A program made the translations under genes and the position numbers. From positions 1-58,512 of the forward strand of contig JAYUEY010000042.1 in NCBI GenBank assembly GCA_043739005.1: DNA of 58,512 nucleotides, given 5' to 3'. The notes below the pieces were generated by a model. That model worked only from the letters and a program-made list of their open reading frames with translations, did no database searches and had not been told where the DNA came from. The stretch is from Tardiphaga sp. Lineage in GTDB: Bacteria; Pseudomonadota; Alphaproteobacteria; Rhizobiales; Xanthobacteraceae. Below, in pieces: positions 17,991 to 28,151 of this stretch (the stretch's first letter is position 1; every line of letters begins with the position of its first letter).

Positions 17991-18520
17991 CGGGGCTTAT
18001 AACGACATTGGTGCTGGGCGGCGCGCGCTCCGGAAAATCACTGTTCGCCGAACGTCTGGTGCGCAATAGCGGACTCGTCCGAATTTATCTCGCAACGGCG
18101 ACAGCCGGCGATGACGACATGGCCGCGCGGATCGCGCAGCACCGCACGCAGCGCGGAGACGGCTGGACCACAATCGAAGAGCCGCTGGCGCTGGTCGAAA
18201 CGCTATCGCGCGAGGCAAACAACGATCGCGCGGTTCTGGTCGATTGCCTGACACTGTGGCTCTCGAACCTGATGTTTGCCGATCGCGACGTCGCGCATGA
18301 ATCGCATCGTCTCGCGGCCTATCTGCAATCAACCACCACGCCGATCGTCCTGGTGTCGAACGAAGTCGGCCTCGGCCTCGTGCCTGAAACCCCGCTCGGC
18401 CGCGCGTTTCGCGACGCGCAGGGCCGCCTCAATCAGATCGTCGCTGCCGCCGTACCCGCCGTCGCCTTCGTCGCGGCGGGGCTTCCGCTGTGGCTCAAGC
18501 AACCATCTCAGGAGAACTGA
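17987..18520 (+). CDS. cobU: Bifunctional adenosylcobinamide kinase / cobinamide-phosphate guanylyltransferase (CobU/CobP)
   Basis: LGGARSGKS, YLATA, LVDCLTLW, VSNEVGLG and FRDAQG motifs. Confidence 0.97.
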   Translation: MTGLITTLVLGGARSGKSLFAERLVRNSGLVRIYLATATAGDDDMAARIAQHRTQRGDGWTTIEEPLALVETLSREANNDRAVLVDCLTLWLSNLMFADRDVAHESHRLAAYLQSTTTPIVLVSNEVGLGLVPETPLGRAFRDAQGRLNQIVAAAVPAVAFVAAGLPLWLKQPSQEN

Positions 18521-18521
18521 T

Positions 18522-19535
18522 ATGTCCCGCGTTCCCGTCACCGTCCTGACCGGATTTCTCGGCGCAGGAAAAACCACCTTGCTGCACTCGCTGCTCACCA
18601 ATGCCGGCGGCCGCCGCATCGCCGTCATCGTCAATGAGTTCGGCGATGCCGGTTTCGACGGCGGACTGGTCGAGGATTGCGCGGCCAATGCCTGCGCGCC
18701 CGGCGATATCGTCGAACTCACCAATGGTTGCATCTGCTGCACCGTCGCCGATGACTTCATTCCGACGATGGACAAATTGCTGTCGCGCGACCGGCCGCTC
18801 GACGCCATCGTGATTGAGACGTCGGGCCTCGCTCTGCCGCAACCATTGCTGAAAGTCTTCGCATGGCCCGCCGTGAAGACGCGCGCGACGGTCGACGGCG
18901 TCGTCACCGTCGTCGATGCACTGGCGCTGTCAGAAGGCCGCGTCACGCTCGACGAAGCGGCCGTCGCGGCGCAGCGCGCGGCCGACGATGCGCTCGATCA
19001 TGACGATCCGATCGAAGAGGTGTTCGAGGATCAACTGGCCTGTGCCGATCTCGTCGTGCTGTCGAAAAGCGATCTCGTCACCGCCGGTGCTCTGGCCGAT
19101 ATTGAAACTCGCCTCGGCGCATTGCTGCGGCCGGGCGTGCGGATCGTGCGTTCGCAAGGCGCGGTAGCACCCGCCGTGCTGATCGGCATGAACGCGGCCG
19201 CCGAGAACGATGTGGCGGCGCGCATCGGCCATCACGGCGAAGAAGAAGAGCATGACCACGACGATTTCGACAGCATCGTCGTGTTGCCGACACCTGCCGC
19301 CGATCTTGATGATATGCGCGCGCGTGTCGCGGCCGCGCTCGGCACCGTCGGCGTGCTGCGTGTGAAGGGCCATGCGCGGATCGATGCAAAGGTCGCATCT
19401 GTTGTCGTGCAAGGCGTCGGCAGCCGGGTCGAACTCACCTTCGCGCGGCCCGATCAGATCGTGGCCGACCATCTTGTCGTCATAGGGCTGAAGGGGTTCG
19501 ACGGCGACGCCGTGCGCCGTGCGCTGGTGGGATAG
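18522..19535 (+). CDS. cobW: Cobalt chaperone GTPase CobW
   Basis: TGFLGAGKTT, VNEFG, GCICCT, IETSGLALP, HDHDDFDS. CAGGAG RBS before ATG 18522. Confidence 0.96.
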   Translation: MSRVPVTVLTGFLGAGKTTLLHSLLTNAGGRRIAVIVNEFGDAGFDGGLVEDCAANACAPGDIVELTNGCICCTVADDFIPTMDKLLSRDRPLDAIVIETSGLALPQPLLKVFAWPAVKTRATVDGVVTVVDALALSEGRVTLDEAAVAAQRAADDALDHDDPIEEVFEDQLACADLVVLSKSDLVTAGALADIETRLGALLRPGVRIVRSQGAVAPAVLIGMNAAAENDVAARIGHHGEEEEHDHDDFDSIVVLPTPAADLDDMRARVAAALGTVGVLRVKGHARIDAKVASVVVQGVGSRVELTFARPDQIVADHLVVIGLKGFDGDAVRRALVG

Positions 19536-19544
19536 CGGACCGAT

Positions 19545-22500
19545 ATGCACCTAAAGCTCGACACCACAGGCGGCATCGATAACGGCGACGTTGCCCGTGA
19601 CCTCGGGCAGGACAGCGCCGATATCGTCGTGCTGTCGGCGGCCGACAGCGACCTCGCGAGCTTTTCATCGGCACACGCGACGCTGCCAAGCGATTTTCCG
19701 ACCCTGCGACTGACCAATCTGCTCGCGCTTGGACATCCGGCCTCGGTCGATCTCTATGTCGAGCGCACTTTGGCAAACGCAAAAATCGTGCTGTTGCGGA
19801 TGCTCGGCGGGGTGGGCTACTGGCCGCACGGCGTCGAGAGCCTCCGCGCAAATGCCCGCGCGCGCGGCACGTTGTTCGCCTGCATTCCGGGCGAGATGCA
19901 ATGGGACGTGGATCTCGCCTCGCGCGGCACGCTCGATCCTGAAATGACAAAACCATTTTGGCGCTATTGCAGCGAAGGCGGCATCGACAATGCGCAGCTC
20001 GCGCTGCGTTACGCCGCACATCTGATCGGCCATGGACAAAAGCCACCGACCGCGCAGCCGATGCCGGCCGCCGGCTTCTGGCCGCATGCACCTGTCAATA
20101 GTGAGCGTCCACATGCACTGATCGTGTTCTATCGCGCATTAGTCGCGGGCGACGACACCGCGCCGATCGCAGCTTTGCGCGATGCGCTCGATGCATGCGG
20201 CCTGAACGTGACTTGCGTGTTCGTCACCAGCCTGAAGGATATTCAGTGCCAGGCGTTCCTGCGTGCCGTGATGGCCGCACAACTGCCAGACGTCATCCTC
20301 AACGCCACGGCCTTTGCGACGGCGACCACCACCGATTTCGGCGTGCTGGCAAGTTGCGACGCGCCGATCCTGCAAGTCGCTCTCGCCGGCACCTCGTGCG
20401 CCGCATGGCAAGCCTCCTCGCGCGGACTGACACCGCGTGACCTCGCGATGCATGTGGTGCTGCCTGAAGTCGACGGCCGCATCTTCGCCAGCGTGATTGC
20501 GTTCAAAGAATTCAGCGACAGCACATCCGGTTTCGCACCGGTGCGCTACCGGCCGGTATCAGACCGCATCGACGCTGCGGCCGATCTCGCCGTTTCATGG
20601 GTGCGGCTGCGTCGTGCATTGCCACAAAAGCGCCATGTCGCATTTTTGCTGGCGAATTATCCGAATCGCGATGGTCGCATCGGCAATGGCGTCGGACTCG
20701 ATACGCCCGAAAGCCTGATCGGCATACTCGCCGCTATGAGCGCGGAAGGCTACGTTATCGATGGCGCACCAGACGATGCCGCATCGATGATGCAGATGTT
20801 GCAGGGCGGCCCGACCAACGCACTTGCCGATCGCGCTGACCGCATCGGCGGGATCGCATGGCCGTTTGCTGCGTATCGCGAAGCGTTCGCGACATTGCCG
20901 CAAGCGATCCAACATTCCGTGATCGTGCGCTGGGGCGACGCAGCCAACGATCCGCATTGCGACGACGACACGATGCACCTTGCGCTGCATCGCTTCGGCA
21001 ATATCGTGATCGGCGTACAGCCGGCGCGCGGCTACAACATCGATCCGAAATCAACCTATCACGATCCTGATTTGGTACCGCCGCATCATTACCTCGCGAC
21101 CTATCTGTGGATACGTCAGGAATTCGACGCGCATGCAATCATCCATCTCGGTAAGCACGGCAATCTCGAATGGTTGCCGGGCAAGAGCACGGGGCTCTCG
21201 CAAGACTGCTTTCCATCTGCGATCATCGGCACACTGCCGAATCTCTATCCTTTCATCGTCAACGACCCCGGCGAAGGCATTCAAGCCAAGCGCCGTACGT
21301 CAGCCGTCATTATCGATCATCTGACGCCGCCGATGGCGCGCGCCGAACTGCACGACGATCTGGCTCGGCTGGAAACGCTGGTCGACGAATACGCGCTCGC
21401 CGCCGATCTCGATCCGAAACGCGCCACTGCCATCGCTGGGGATATTCTTTCGCTCGCGCGTGCAAGCCAGATCGATTCGGACGTGGCGATCACACGCGAG
21501 ACGCCGACCAACGAAGCGCTTCGCGTCCTCGATGCACATCTATGCGATCTCAAGGAAATGCAAATTCGCGACGGGCTGCACGTCTTCGGCAGCATGCCAG
21601 AAACGGCGCGACAGGATGCGCTGCTGGTTTCGATCGCGCGACTGCCGCGCGGCGAGAAGCCACATGATGCATCGCTGCATCGAGCTCTAGCGACCGATCT
21701 CGGGCTCGATAGCTTTGATCCGATGGCACGCGATCTCGTGAATGAGTGGTACGGCCAGCGCCCGACGGCGCTTTTGGCATTAACGGACTCCGCGTGGCGC
21801 ACAACCGGCGATACCGTCGAGCGAGTCGAATTGCTGGCGTTGCAACTTGTCTGTTCCAGAACCTGCGATCCCGCATGGACACGAACCGCCGTCGTGTTGC
21901 AATGGATCGATGACACACTCCGCCCAGCCATCGAATCTTGTGGCGCAGCCGAGATGCGCACACTGCTGCGCGGGCTGGACGGCCGCTTCATCGCGCCCGG
22001 CCCGTCTGGCGCGCCGACGCGCGGGCGGCCTGACGTGTTGCCGACTGGTCGCAATTTTTATGCCGTCGATGTCCGCGCCGTGCCCACACCGTCCGCGTGG
22101 CGCATCGGGAAACTCGCAGCCGAACGTTTGGTCGAAGCCTATTGGCAAGAAGCCGGCGAATGGCCGCGCGCCATCGCGCTCTCGGCATGGGGCACCGCGA
22201 ACATGCGAACCGGCGGCGACGATGTCGCACAAGCGCTGGCGTTGATCGGCGCCCGACCCGTCTGGGAAGACACCTCTGGTCGCGTCACGGGTTTCGCGAT
22301 CATGCCGCTGTCCGAATTGAAGCGCCCGCGTATCGACGTCACGTTTCGCGTATCCGGCCTATTTCGCGACGCCTTCCCGATGCAGATGGACATCATTAGC
22401 AGCGCGGTGAGCGCTATCGCCGATCTCGACGAGCCCGATGACGCCAATCCCATCGCCGCAAGTGTTCGTGCATACACGCAGGACCTGCGATCACAAGGCA

Positions 22501-23243
22501 TCGACGAACGTAACGCCCGACAACAAGCGGCGTGGCGCGTGTTTAGCTCCAAACCCGGCGCATATGGCGCAGGACTTCAGGCACTCATTGACGAAGGCGG
22601 CTGGGTCGCGCGTGACGATTTAGCGGACGCTTATCTAAGCTGGGGTAGCTATGCCTATGGCAGCGGCAACGAGGGCAGCGGCGCGCGTGATGCGTTGGTC
22701 GCGCGCCTTGCCACGATCGATCTCGTCGCCCAAGCGCAGGATAATCGCGAGCACGATATTCTAGATTCCGACGACTATTACCAGTTCATCGGCGGCCTTG
22801 CGGCGGCTGTGCAAAAGCTGAAAGGCTCCGCTCCGCGCATCGCCCATATCGATACGTCGCGCCCGGAAGCGCCGTTGCCGCGCTCGCTCGTCCACGAGAT
22901 TTCGCGCGTCGTACGCGGCCGCGCCGCCAATCCAAAATGGATCGCGGGCGTGATGCGCCATGGCTATAAAGGCGCGTTCGAGATAGCCGCTACGGTCGAC
23001 TACCTGTTCGGCTTCGCCGCCTCTACAGACGCCGTCGGCAATCATCATTTCGATCAGCTGTTTTCTGCCTATATCGAAGATAAGTCTGTGCGCGACTTTA
23101 TGCGCGATGCCAATCCCGCCGCGTTACGCGAAACTGCGCAGCGTTTTGCCGAAGCCATTCGTCGCGGGCTCTGGGTGCCGCGCTCCAACAGCGCAGCCCT
23201 CGTGCTCGCCGATCTCATTCCCGAACGAGAAACAATGCCATGA
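19545..23243 (+). CDS. cobN: Cobaltochelatase large subunit CobN
   Basis: LSAADSDL, HLGKHGNLEWLPGK, LPTGRNFY, WGTANMRTGGDD, NPKWIAGVMRHGYKGA motifs. Confidence 0.97.
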   Translation: MHLKLDTTGGIDNGDVARDLGQDSADIVVLSAADSDLASFSSAHATLPSDFPTLRLTNLLALGHPASVDLYVERTLANAKIVLLRMLGGVGYWPHGVESLRANARARGTLFACIPGEMQWDVDLASRGTLDPEMTKPFWRYCSEGGIDNAQLALRYAAHLIGHGQKPPTAQPMPAAGFWPHAPVNSERPHALIVFYRALVAGDDTAPIAALRDALDACGLNVTCVFVTSLKDIQCQAFLRAVMAAQLPDVILNATAFATATTTDFGVLASCDAPILQVALAGTSCAAWQASSRGLTPRDLAMHVVLPEVDGRIFASVIAFKEFSDSTSGFAPVRYRPVSDRIDAAADLAVSWVRLRRALPQKRHVAFLLANYPNRDGRIGNGVGLDTPESLIGILAAMSAEGYVIDGAPDDAASMMQMLQGGPTNALADRADRIGGIAWPFAAYREAFATLPQAIQHSVIVRWGDAANDPHCDDDTMHLALHRFGNIVIGVQPARGYNIDPKSTYHDPDLVPPHHYLATYLWIRQEFDAHAIIHLGKHGNLEWLPGKSTGLSQDCFPSAIIGTLPNLYPFIVNDPGEGIQAKRRTSAVIIDHLTPPMARAELHDDLARLETLVDEYALAADLDPKRATAIAGDILSLARASQIDSDVAITRETPTNEALRVLDAHLCDLKEMQIRDGLHVFGSMPETARQDALLVSIARLPRGEKPHDASLHRALATDLGLDSFDPMARDLVNEWYGQRPTALLALTDSAWRTTGDTVERVELLALQLVCSRTCDPAWTRTAVVLQWIDDTLRPAIESCGAAEMRTLLRGLDGRFIAPGPSGAPTRGRPDVLPTGRNFYAVDVRAVPTPSAWRIGKLAAERLVEAYWQEAGEWPRAIALSAWGTANMRTGGDDVAQALALIGARPVWEDTSGRVTGFAIMPLSELKRPRIDVTFRVSGLFRDAFPMQMDIISSAVSAIADLDEPDDANPIAASVRAYTQDLRSQGIDERNARQQAAWRVFSSKPGAYGAGLQALIDEGGWVARDDLADAYLSWGSYAYGSGNEGSGARDALVARLATIDLVAQAQDNREHDILDSDDYYQFIGGLAAAVQKLKGSAPRIAHIDTSRPEAPLPRSLVHEISRVVRGRAANPKWIAGVMRHGYKGAFEIAATVDYLFGFAASTDAVGNHHFDQLFSAYIEDKSVRDFMRDANPAALRETAQRFAEAIRRGLWVPRSNSAALVLADLIPERETMP

Positions 23244-23863
23244 CCGACGCCAACGACATCAGCGAACAGGATCGCCACGCCGCCAAGATGCGCAAGCACA
23301 AGGCTGCGAAAGACAAGATGCTCGACGCCAAGTCAGATCAAAAAGGACTGCTGATCGTCAACACCGGCACCGGCAAGGGCAAGACCTCCGCCGCGCTCGG
23401 TATGGTGTTTCGTCATGTCGGCCACAACATGCCCGTCGGCATCGTGCAGTTCACGAAATCCGCCGCATGGGACACCGGCGAAGCGCGGCTGTTGAGAACC
23501 TTTCCCGATCTCGTGACACTGCACATCATGGGTGAGGGCTTTACCTGGGAGACGCAGGATCGCGACCGCGACATCGCTGCTGCCACCGCAGGCTGGAAGC
23601 GCGCCAAGGAACTGATCCGCGACGATCACCATCGCATGGTGCTGCTGGACGAGCTCAACATCGTGCTGCGCTACGATTATCTTGACATCAACGACGTCAT
23701 TGCATTCCTCCGCGATGAGAAGCCGGAGGACAAGCATGTCGTTATCACAGGCCGCAACGCCAAGCCTGAATTGATCGAGATGGCTGATCTCGTCACTGAA
23801 ATGACGCTGGTGAAGCACCCGTTCCGGCAGGGCATCAAAGGTCAAAAAGGAATTGAGTTTTAG
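23240..23863 (+). CDS. cobO: Cob(I)yrinic acid a,c-diamide adenosyltransferase
   Basis: TGTGKGKTSAA, GEGFTWETQ, LDELN, ITGR, KHPF...QKGIEF motifs. Confidence 0.97.
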   Translation: MTDANDISEQDRHAAKMRKHKAAKDKMLDAKSDQKGLLIVNTGTGKGKTSAALGMVFRHVGHNMPVGIVQFTKSAAWDTGEARLLRTFPDLVTLHIMGEGFTWETQDRDRDIAAATAGWKRAKELIRDDHHRMVLLDELNIVLRYDYLDINDVIAFLRDEKPEDKHVVITGRNAKPELIEMADLVTEMTLVKHPFRQGIKGQKGIEF

Positions 23864-25348
23864 ATGATGCGTACGCCCGCGCTGATGATCCAGGGCACCG
23901 GATCCAATGCCGGCAAGTCAACGCTCGTCGCGGGGCTGGCGCGCGCACTTGTGCGGCGTGGGTTAAAGGTCGCGCCTTTCAAGCCGCAAAACATGTCGAA
24001 CAATGCGGCCGTAGCTGTCGATGGCGGCGAGATAGGCCGCGCCCAGCATGTGCAGGCGCGGGCAGCCCGGATGCCACCGAGCGTCCACATGAATCCAGTG
24101 TTGTTGAAGCCGGAGACTGATACCGGCGCGCAGGTGATCGTCCACGGCAAACGCCGCGGGACTTTGCGGGCGGCCGAGTTTCGCGATCGGCGCGCGGTCC
24201 TGTTGCCGGCCGTGCTGGAAAGTTTCGCGTATCTGTCTGAGCGTGCCGATATCGTTTTAGTCGAAGGCGCGGGCAGCCCGGCGGAAACTAATTTGCGTCA
24301 AGGCGACATCGCCAATATGGGCTTCGCCGAATCCGCCGACGTGCCGGTCGTGCTGGTCGGCGATATCGATCGCGGCGGCGTCATCGCCAGTCTCGCGGGC
24401 ACGCATCTGGTGCTCCCCGAATCCGAACGCACGCGCATTCACGGTTTCATCATCAATAAGTTTCGTGGTGATTTGTCCTTGTTTGACGAAGGGCTCAAGC
24501 ACATCACGCAATTGACGGGGTGGCCGTCGATCGGCGTTGTACCATGGCTACCGCAGGCGGCGTGGTTACCGGCAGAAGATGCTGTCGATCTCGATCGCGC
24601 GGGATCGACATCAGGATCGTGCGTCATCGCCGTGCCGATGCTGTCGCGCATCGCCAATTTCGATGATCTCGACCCGCTCGGCATGGAGCCCGGCGTGACG
24701 CTGCAATTCATCAGGCCGGGTGATGCCATTCCCGCGAATGCCGACGTGGTGATCTTGCCCGGCAGCAAATCGACGATCGATGATCTCGCCTTTCTGCGCG
24801 CGCAGGGCTGGGACATCGACATTAAAGCACATCAGCGGCGCGGCGGCCGTATACTCGGCCTGTGCGGCGGTTATCAAATGCTCGGTATGAGCATCGACGA
24901 TCCTGATGGCGTGGATGGCATCGCAGGCCGCGTCGATGGCCTCGGTCTGCTAGACATCGCAACGACAATGCGCGGCGACAAATCAACGACGCTGGTCCAG
25001 GGCATCCATTGCGCCAGTGGTGCGGCCATCGAAGGCTACGAGATTCATCTCGGGCAGACCGAAGGTGTGGATTGCGTACGGCCGATGCTAACAACCGACG
25101 GCCGACCCGACGGCGCGATCTCGCGCGACGGCCGTGTGCAGGGCACCTATGTCCACGGGTTGTTTACCGGCGATGCCTTTCGCAAAGCGTGGCTTGCCGA
25201 TCTCGGCGTCGCCTCGAAGCTAGCCTATGACAGCCAGATCGAGCGTGCGCTGGATGCGCTGGCCGAACATCTCGAAGCGCATATCGATATCGACGCACTG
25301 CTGGCAATCGCACGCAGCCGTCAAATGACGATTACCAGCGCCACGTAA
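23864..25348 (+). CDS. cobQ: Cobyric acid synthase
   Basis: QGTGSNAGKS, PFKPQNMSNN, EGAGSPAE, GLCGGYQMLG and GTYVHG motifs. Confidence 0.97.
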   Translation: MMRTPALMIQGTGSNAGKSTLVAGLARALVRRGLKVAPFKPQNMSNNAAVAVDGGEIGRAQHVQARAARMPPSVHMNPVLLKPETDTGAQVIVHGKRRGTLRAAEFRDRRAVLLPAVLESFAYLSERADIVLVEGAGSPAETNLRQGDIANMGFAESADVPVVLVGDIDRGGVIASLAGTHLVLPESERTRIHGFIINKFRGDLSLFDEGLKHITQLTGWPSIGVVPWLPQAAWLPAEDAVDLDRAGSTSGSCVIAVPMLSRIANFDDLDPLGMEPGVTLQFIRPGDAIPANADVVILPGSKSTIDDLAFLRAQGWDIDIKAHQRRGGRILGLCGGYQMLGMSIDDPDGVDGIAGRVDGLGLLDIATTMRGDKSTTLVQGIHCASGAAIEGYEIHLGQTEGVDCVRPMLTTDGRPDGAISRDGRVQGTYVHGLFTGDAFRKAWLADLGVASKLAYDSQIERALDALAEHLEAHIDIDALLAIARSRQMTITSAT

Positions 25349-26271
25349 ATCGCGGCCTGCAAAGCGCAAGTGGCGATCAATACTTTTAAGGCGCGCTTTA
25401 TATCATCTGGCGCGGCACTTTGCCGTCCCTCCGCGTTGAGAAAAACATCGTCGACCACGCGGTCGTCGTAACGTCGTGGCCCCGCTAGCGCGAGACCAAG
25501 TACCGCCGCCATTGCGCTTTCCGGCCAACCCGCATTTAGCGAACGATGCTGACGCGCGTCGCGCCACATGGTCTTGAACGACGTCGAAATCGATCCATTC
25601 GCAAGCGGCGCTGCGAGCGCGATCAACAAACCGGACAATCGCGCAGGAATAAAATTCACCAGATCGTCGAGCCGTGCAGCCGCCCATCCGAAGTCTTCGT
25701 AGCGCGCATTGCGATGACCGATCATCGAGTCCGCAGTGTTGATCGTCTTATAAGCGATCAGCCCCGGCAATCCCAATATCGCCAGCCAGAATACCGGCGC
25801 GACGATGCCGTCCGAAAAATTCTCGGCGCAAGATTCGATAGCCGCGCGGCAGACGGCCGGCTCATCGAGCGCATCGGGATCGCGGCCGACGATCATCGAT
25901 ACTGTGCGACGGGCCTCGTTCAAACCGCCGGCGAACGCGGCGCGCACGCGTGCCACATGTTGATAGAGGCTCCGCTGCGCGATCAGCACCGAGGCGAGCA
26001 ACCCTTGAATAACGATCGCTATGATGCCATGCCCGGTCAACCATTCGATCAACCCACCGGCGCTTGAACTAATTGCGACGAGCGACACGGCTGTAAACAT
26101 GCCGGCCATACGCCGTGCAGACGCAGACCATGCTTCACGATTCAGCGCACGATCGAGCATCGCGATCAGCCAACCAATCAGTGTCACCGGATGCGGCAGG
26201 CGTCGCCACAGCCAATCAGGATCGCCGATGACAGCGTCGAACGCGAGCGCCGCCACGACGACCCACAGCAT
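25321..26271 (-). CDS. cbiB: Adenosylcobinamide-phosphate synthase (CbiB; aerobic name CobD)
   Basis: GDP, HPV, MIVGRD, AENFSDG, NTADSMIG, NAGWPE motifs. TGATG coupling to btuF. 28-bp convergent overlap with cobQ. Confidence 0.95.
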   Translation of the reverse strand: MLWVVVAALAFDAVIGDPDWLWRRLPHPVTLIGWLIAMLDRALNREAWSASARRMAGMFTAVSLVAISSSAGGLIEWLTGHGIIAIVIQGLLASVLIAQRSLYQHVARVRAAFAGGLNEARRTVSMIVGRDPDALDEPAVCRAAIESCAENFSDGIVAPVFWLAILGLPGLIAYKTINTADSMIGHRNARYEDFGWAAARLDDLVNFIPARLSGLLIALAAPLANGSISTSFKTMWRDARQHRSLNAGWPESAMAAVLGLALAGPRRYDDRVVDDVFLNAEGRQSAAPDDIKRALKVLIATCALQAAIYVALVIVI

Positions 26272-27116
26272 CAGTGCACCACGCGCATGATCTCCGAGGC
26301 CAGACGCTGCATTGCCTCCGCGAGCATCGGCCCGCCGCATACTGTGAGCCGTTCAGGAATGGTGATGCGTTTGTTAGGGGGATAGAGGAGCTCCAGCGCG
26401 GGATGCAGTAAAAATGCGCTGCCTTCGTCCTCGGCGAAACCACTATTGTCGGTAACCATCAAGTAATCCGGCTTCAGCGCGACAATGGCTTCGAGCGAAG
26501 CGAAGCCACCTGATTTCAGACCCATGTCGTTCGCGGCAATGCCGAGCCCGGCCGCCTTCAACAGTGAACTTGTCAGGCTCTCGCCGCCGGAGATCCAGCC
26601 GCGCCGAGAGACCACCAGCACGCGCGCCTTTCGTTCCGTGGCAACCGCGCGGGTCTGCGCGATCGCCGAATCAAGCCGCGCGATTTCGGCAGCGCCGCGA
26701 TCGGCATGGCCCGTGATCTCGCCCATCAGCCAAATCTGTGTCTTGGTGTCCTCGATCGACCGTGCCGGATCGAATTCGACAACCCGGAGGCCTTTCTCTT
26801 TCAGCAATTCGCGCGTCGCGCGTTTGGTGAAGCGGCCGGCGACAACGATGTCCGGCTTTAAAATCAGCACGTCTTCGGCGTTGCCCGATAGTTTTGAAAA
26901 CTGTGCCGCCTTCGCGGCATCCCATGATCGCGTCGCATCACGCGCATAAGGGCTAAGACCGAGAATTTGCGACGGGTCCGCCAGCGCCAGCAGCAATTGG
27001 TCGGTGCAGAGGTTGATCGACGCGATCTTTGGTAAATCTGCCGCCATCGCCGCGCCGCTTGCGCTCATTAGCAAAGCGAGCGCAAAGCACTGGCCACGCC
27101 GTAACGATGATGGCAT
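26271..27116 (-). CDS. btuF: Corrinoid ABC transporter periplasmic binding protein (BtuF-like)
   Basis: Signal peptide MPSSLRRGQCFALALLMSASGAAMA, then IASINLCTDQL, EDVLILKPD, LLHPAL, TVCGGP. Confidence 0.85.
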   Translation of the reverse strand: MPSSLRRGQCFALALLMSASGAAMAADLPKIASINLCTDQLLLALADPSQILGLSPYARDATRSWDAAKAAQFSKLSGNAEDVLILKPDIVVAGRFTKRATRELLKEKGLRVVEFDPARSIEDTKTQIWLMGEITGHADRGAAEIARLDSAIAQTRAVATERKARVLVVSRRGWISGGESLTSSLLKAAGLGIAANDMGLKSGGFASLEAIVALKPDYLMVTDNSGFAEDEGSAFLLHPALELLYPPNKRITIPERLTVCGGPMLAEAMQRLASEIMRVVH

Positions 27117-27125
27117 CACATGCTC

Positions 27126-28151
27126 ATGAAACATGGCGGCGATATCACGCAGGCAATGGCGCAATTCGGCGGCACGCGCGAGTCGTGGCTCGATTGTTCG
27201 ACCGGCATCAATCCGCGCGCATGGCCGATCCCGCACGACCTGCCGGATACGATCTGGCAACAATTGCCGACAGAGGCCGATGAAATAGCGTTGCTTGATG
27301 CCGCGCGCGCCGCGTACCGCGTGCCCAATGATGTCGCTGTTGTCGCTGCGCCCGGCACCCAAGCGCTGATCCAATGGCTGCCACGTCTCGTCGTCGATGG
27401 ACCCGTCGCGATCCTTACACCGACCTATAGCGAACACGCTGCGAGTTGGCGCGAAAGCGGGAACGAGGTCATCGCTATCAATTCGATCGACGCTATTCCC
27501 GAACAGGCCCGACATGTCGTGCTGGTCAATCCAAACAATCCCGATGGCCGCATCGTTGATCTTGCAGCGCTGGCGCGCACGGCGAGCATCGTCGCAAAGC
27601 GTGACGGCTGGCTCATAATCGACGAAGCCTTCGCTGATGTTGTGCCAGCTATCAGCGCAGTCGGCCTGTGCGCGCGATATCCCGTGGTCATTCTGCGCTC
27701 GTTCGGAAAGTTTTATGGCCTCGCCGGCTTGCGGCTCGGCTTCGCGCTCGCGTCGTCGCCAATAGCGAACCAAATCAAAAATGCCATAGGGCCGTGGGCC
27801 TGCTCCGGTCCGGCACTGATGATCGGCGCTGCCGCGCTGCGCGACGACACTTGGGCCAACGCCACGCGCGCTTGGCTGACGCAGCAAGCCGATGCGCTGG
27901 ATGATGTCTTGCAGCAGGCTAGGTTCACAACAGCCGGCGGTACGTCGCTCTATCGGCTTGTGCGCCATCGAAATGCCCTGGCAATCCACGAACAACTTGC
28001 CGTGCAACACATCTGGTGCCGCAGGTTCGATTGGGACAAAAGTGTTTTGCGCTTCGGCCTGCCGAAGGATGAGGCGTCGCTCGCGCGTCTGGCCGCTGCT
28101 CTGGCTCATCGCTCAAGCCCCGTCCAAGGCACGATCACCGCTTCGCGATGA
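27126..28151 (+). CDS. cobD: L-threonine-O-3-phosphate decarboxylase (CobD; aerobic name CobC), antisense to the surrounding operon
   Basis: MKHGG, WLDCSTGINP, VNPNNPDG, IDEAFAD, LRSFGKFYGLAGLRLG (PLP lysine), LRFGLP. Alternative ATG at 27120. Confidence 0.94.
   Translation: MKHGGDITQAMAQFGGTRESWLDCSTGINPRAWPIPHDLPDTIWQQLPTEADEIALLDAARAAYRVPNDVAVVAAPGTQALIQWLPRLVVDGPVAILTPTYSEHAASWRESGNEVIAINSIDAIPEQARHVVLVNPNNPDGRIVDLAALARTASIVAKRDGWLIIDEAFADVVPAISAVGLCARYPVVILRSFGKFYGLAGLRLGFALASSPIANQIKNAIGPWACSGPALMIGAAALRDDTWANATRAWLTQQADALDDVLQQARFTTAGGTSLYRLVRHRNALAIHEQLAVQHIWCRRFDWDKSVLRFGLPKDEASLARLAAALAHRSSPVQGTITASR

Noticed and set aside
26271-28109. 612-aa minus-strand ORF whose ATG overlaps the btuD stop (ATGA) and runs in frame into BtuF
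   Set aside because: Its first 331 codons are the codon-aligned antisense of cobD, a frame often open in GC-rich genes. They show no motifs and would bury the BtuF signal peptide. Translation cannot be excluded without ribosome profiling.
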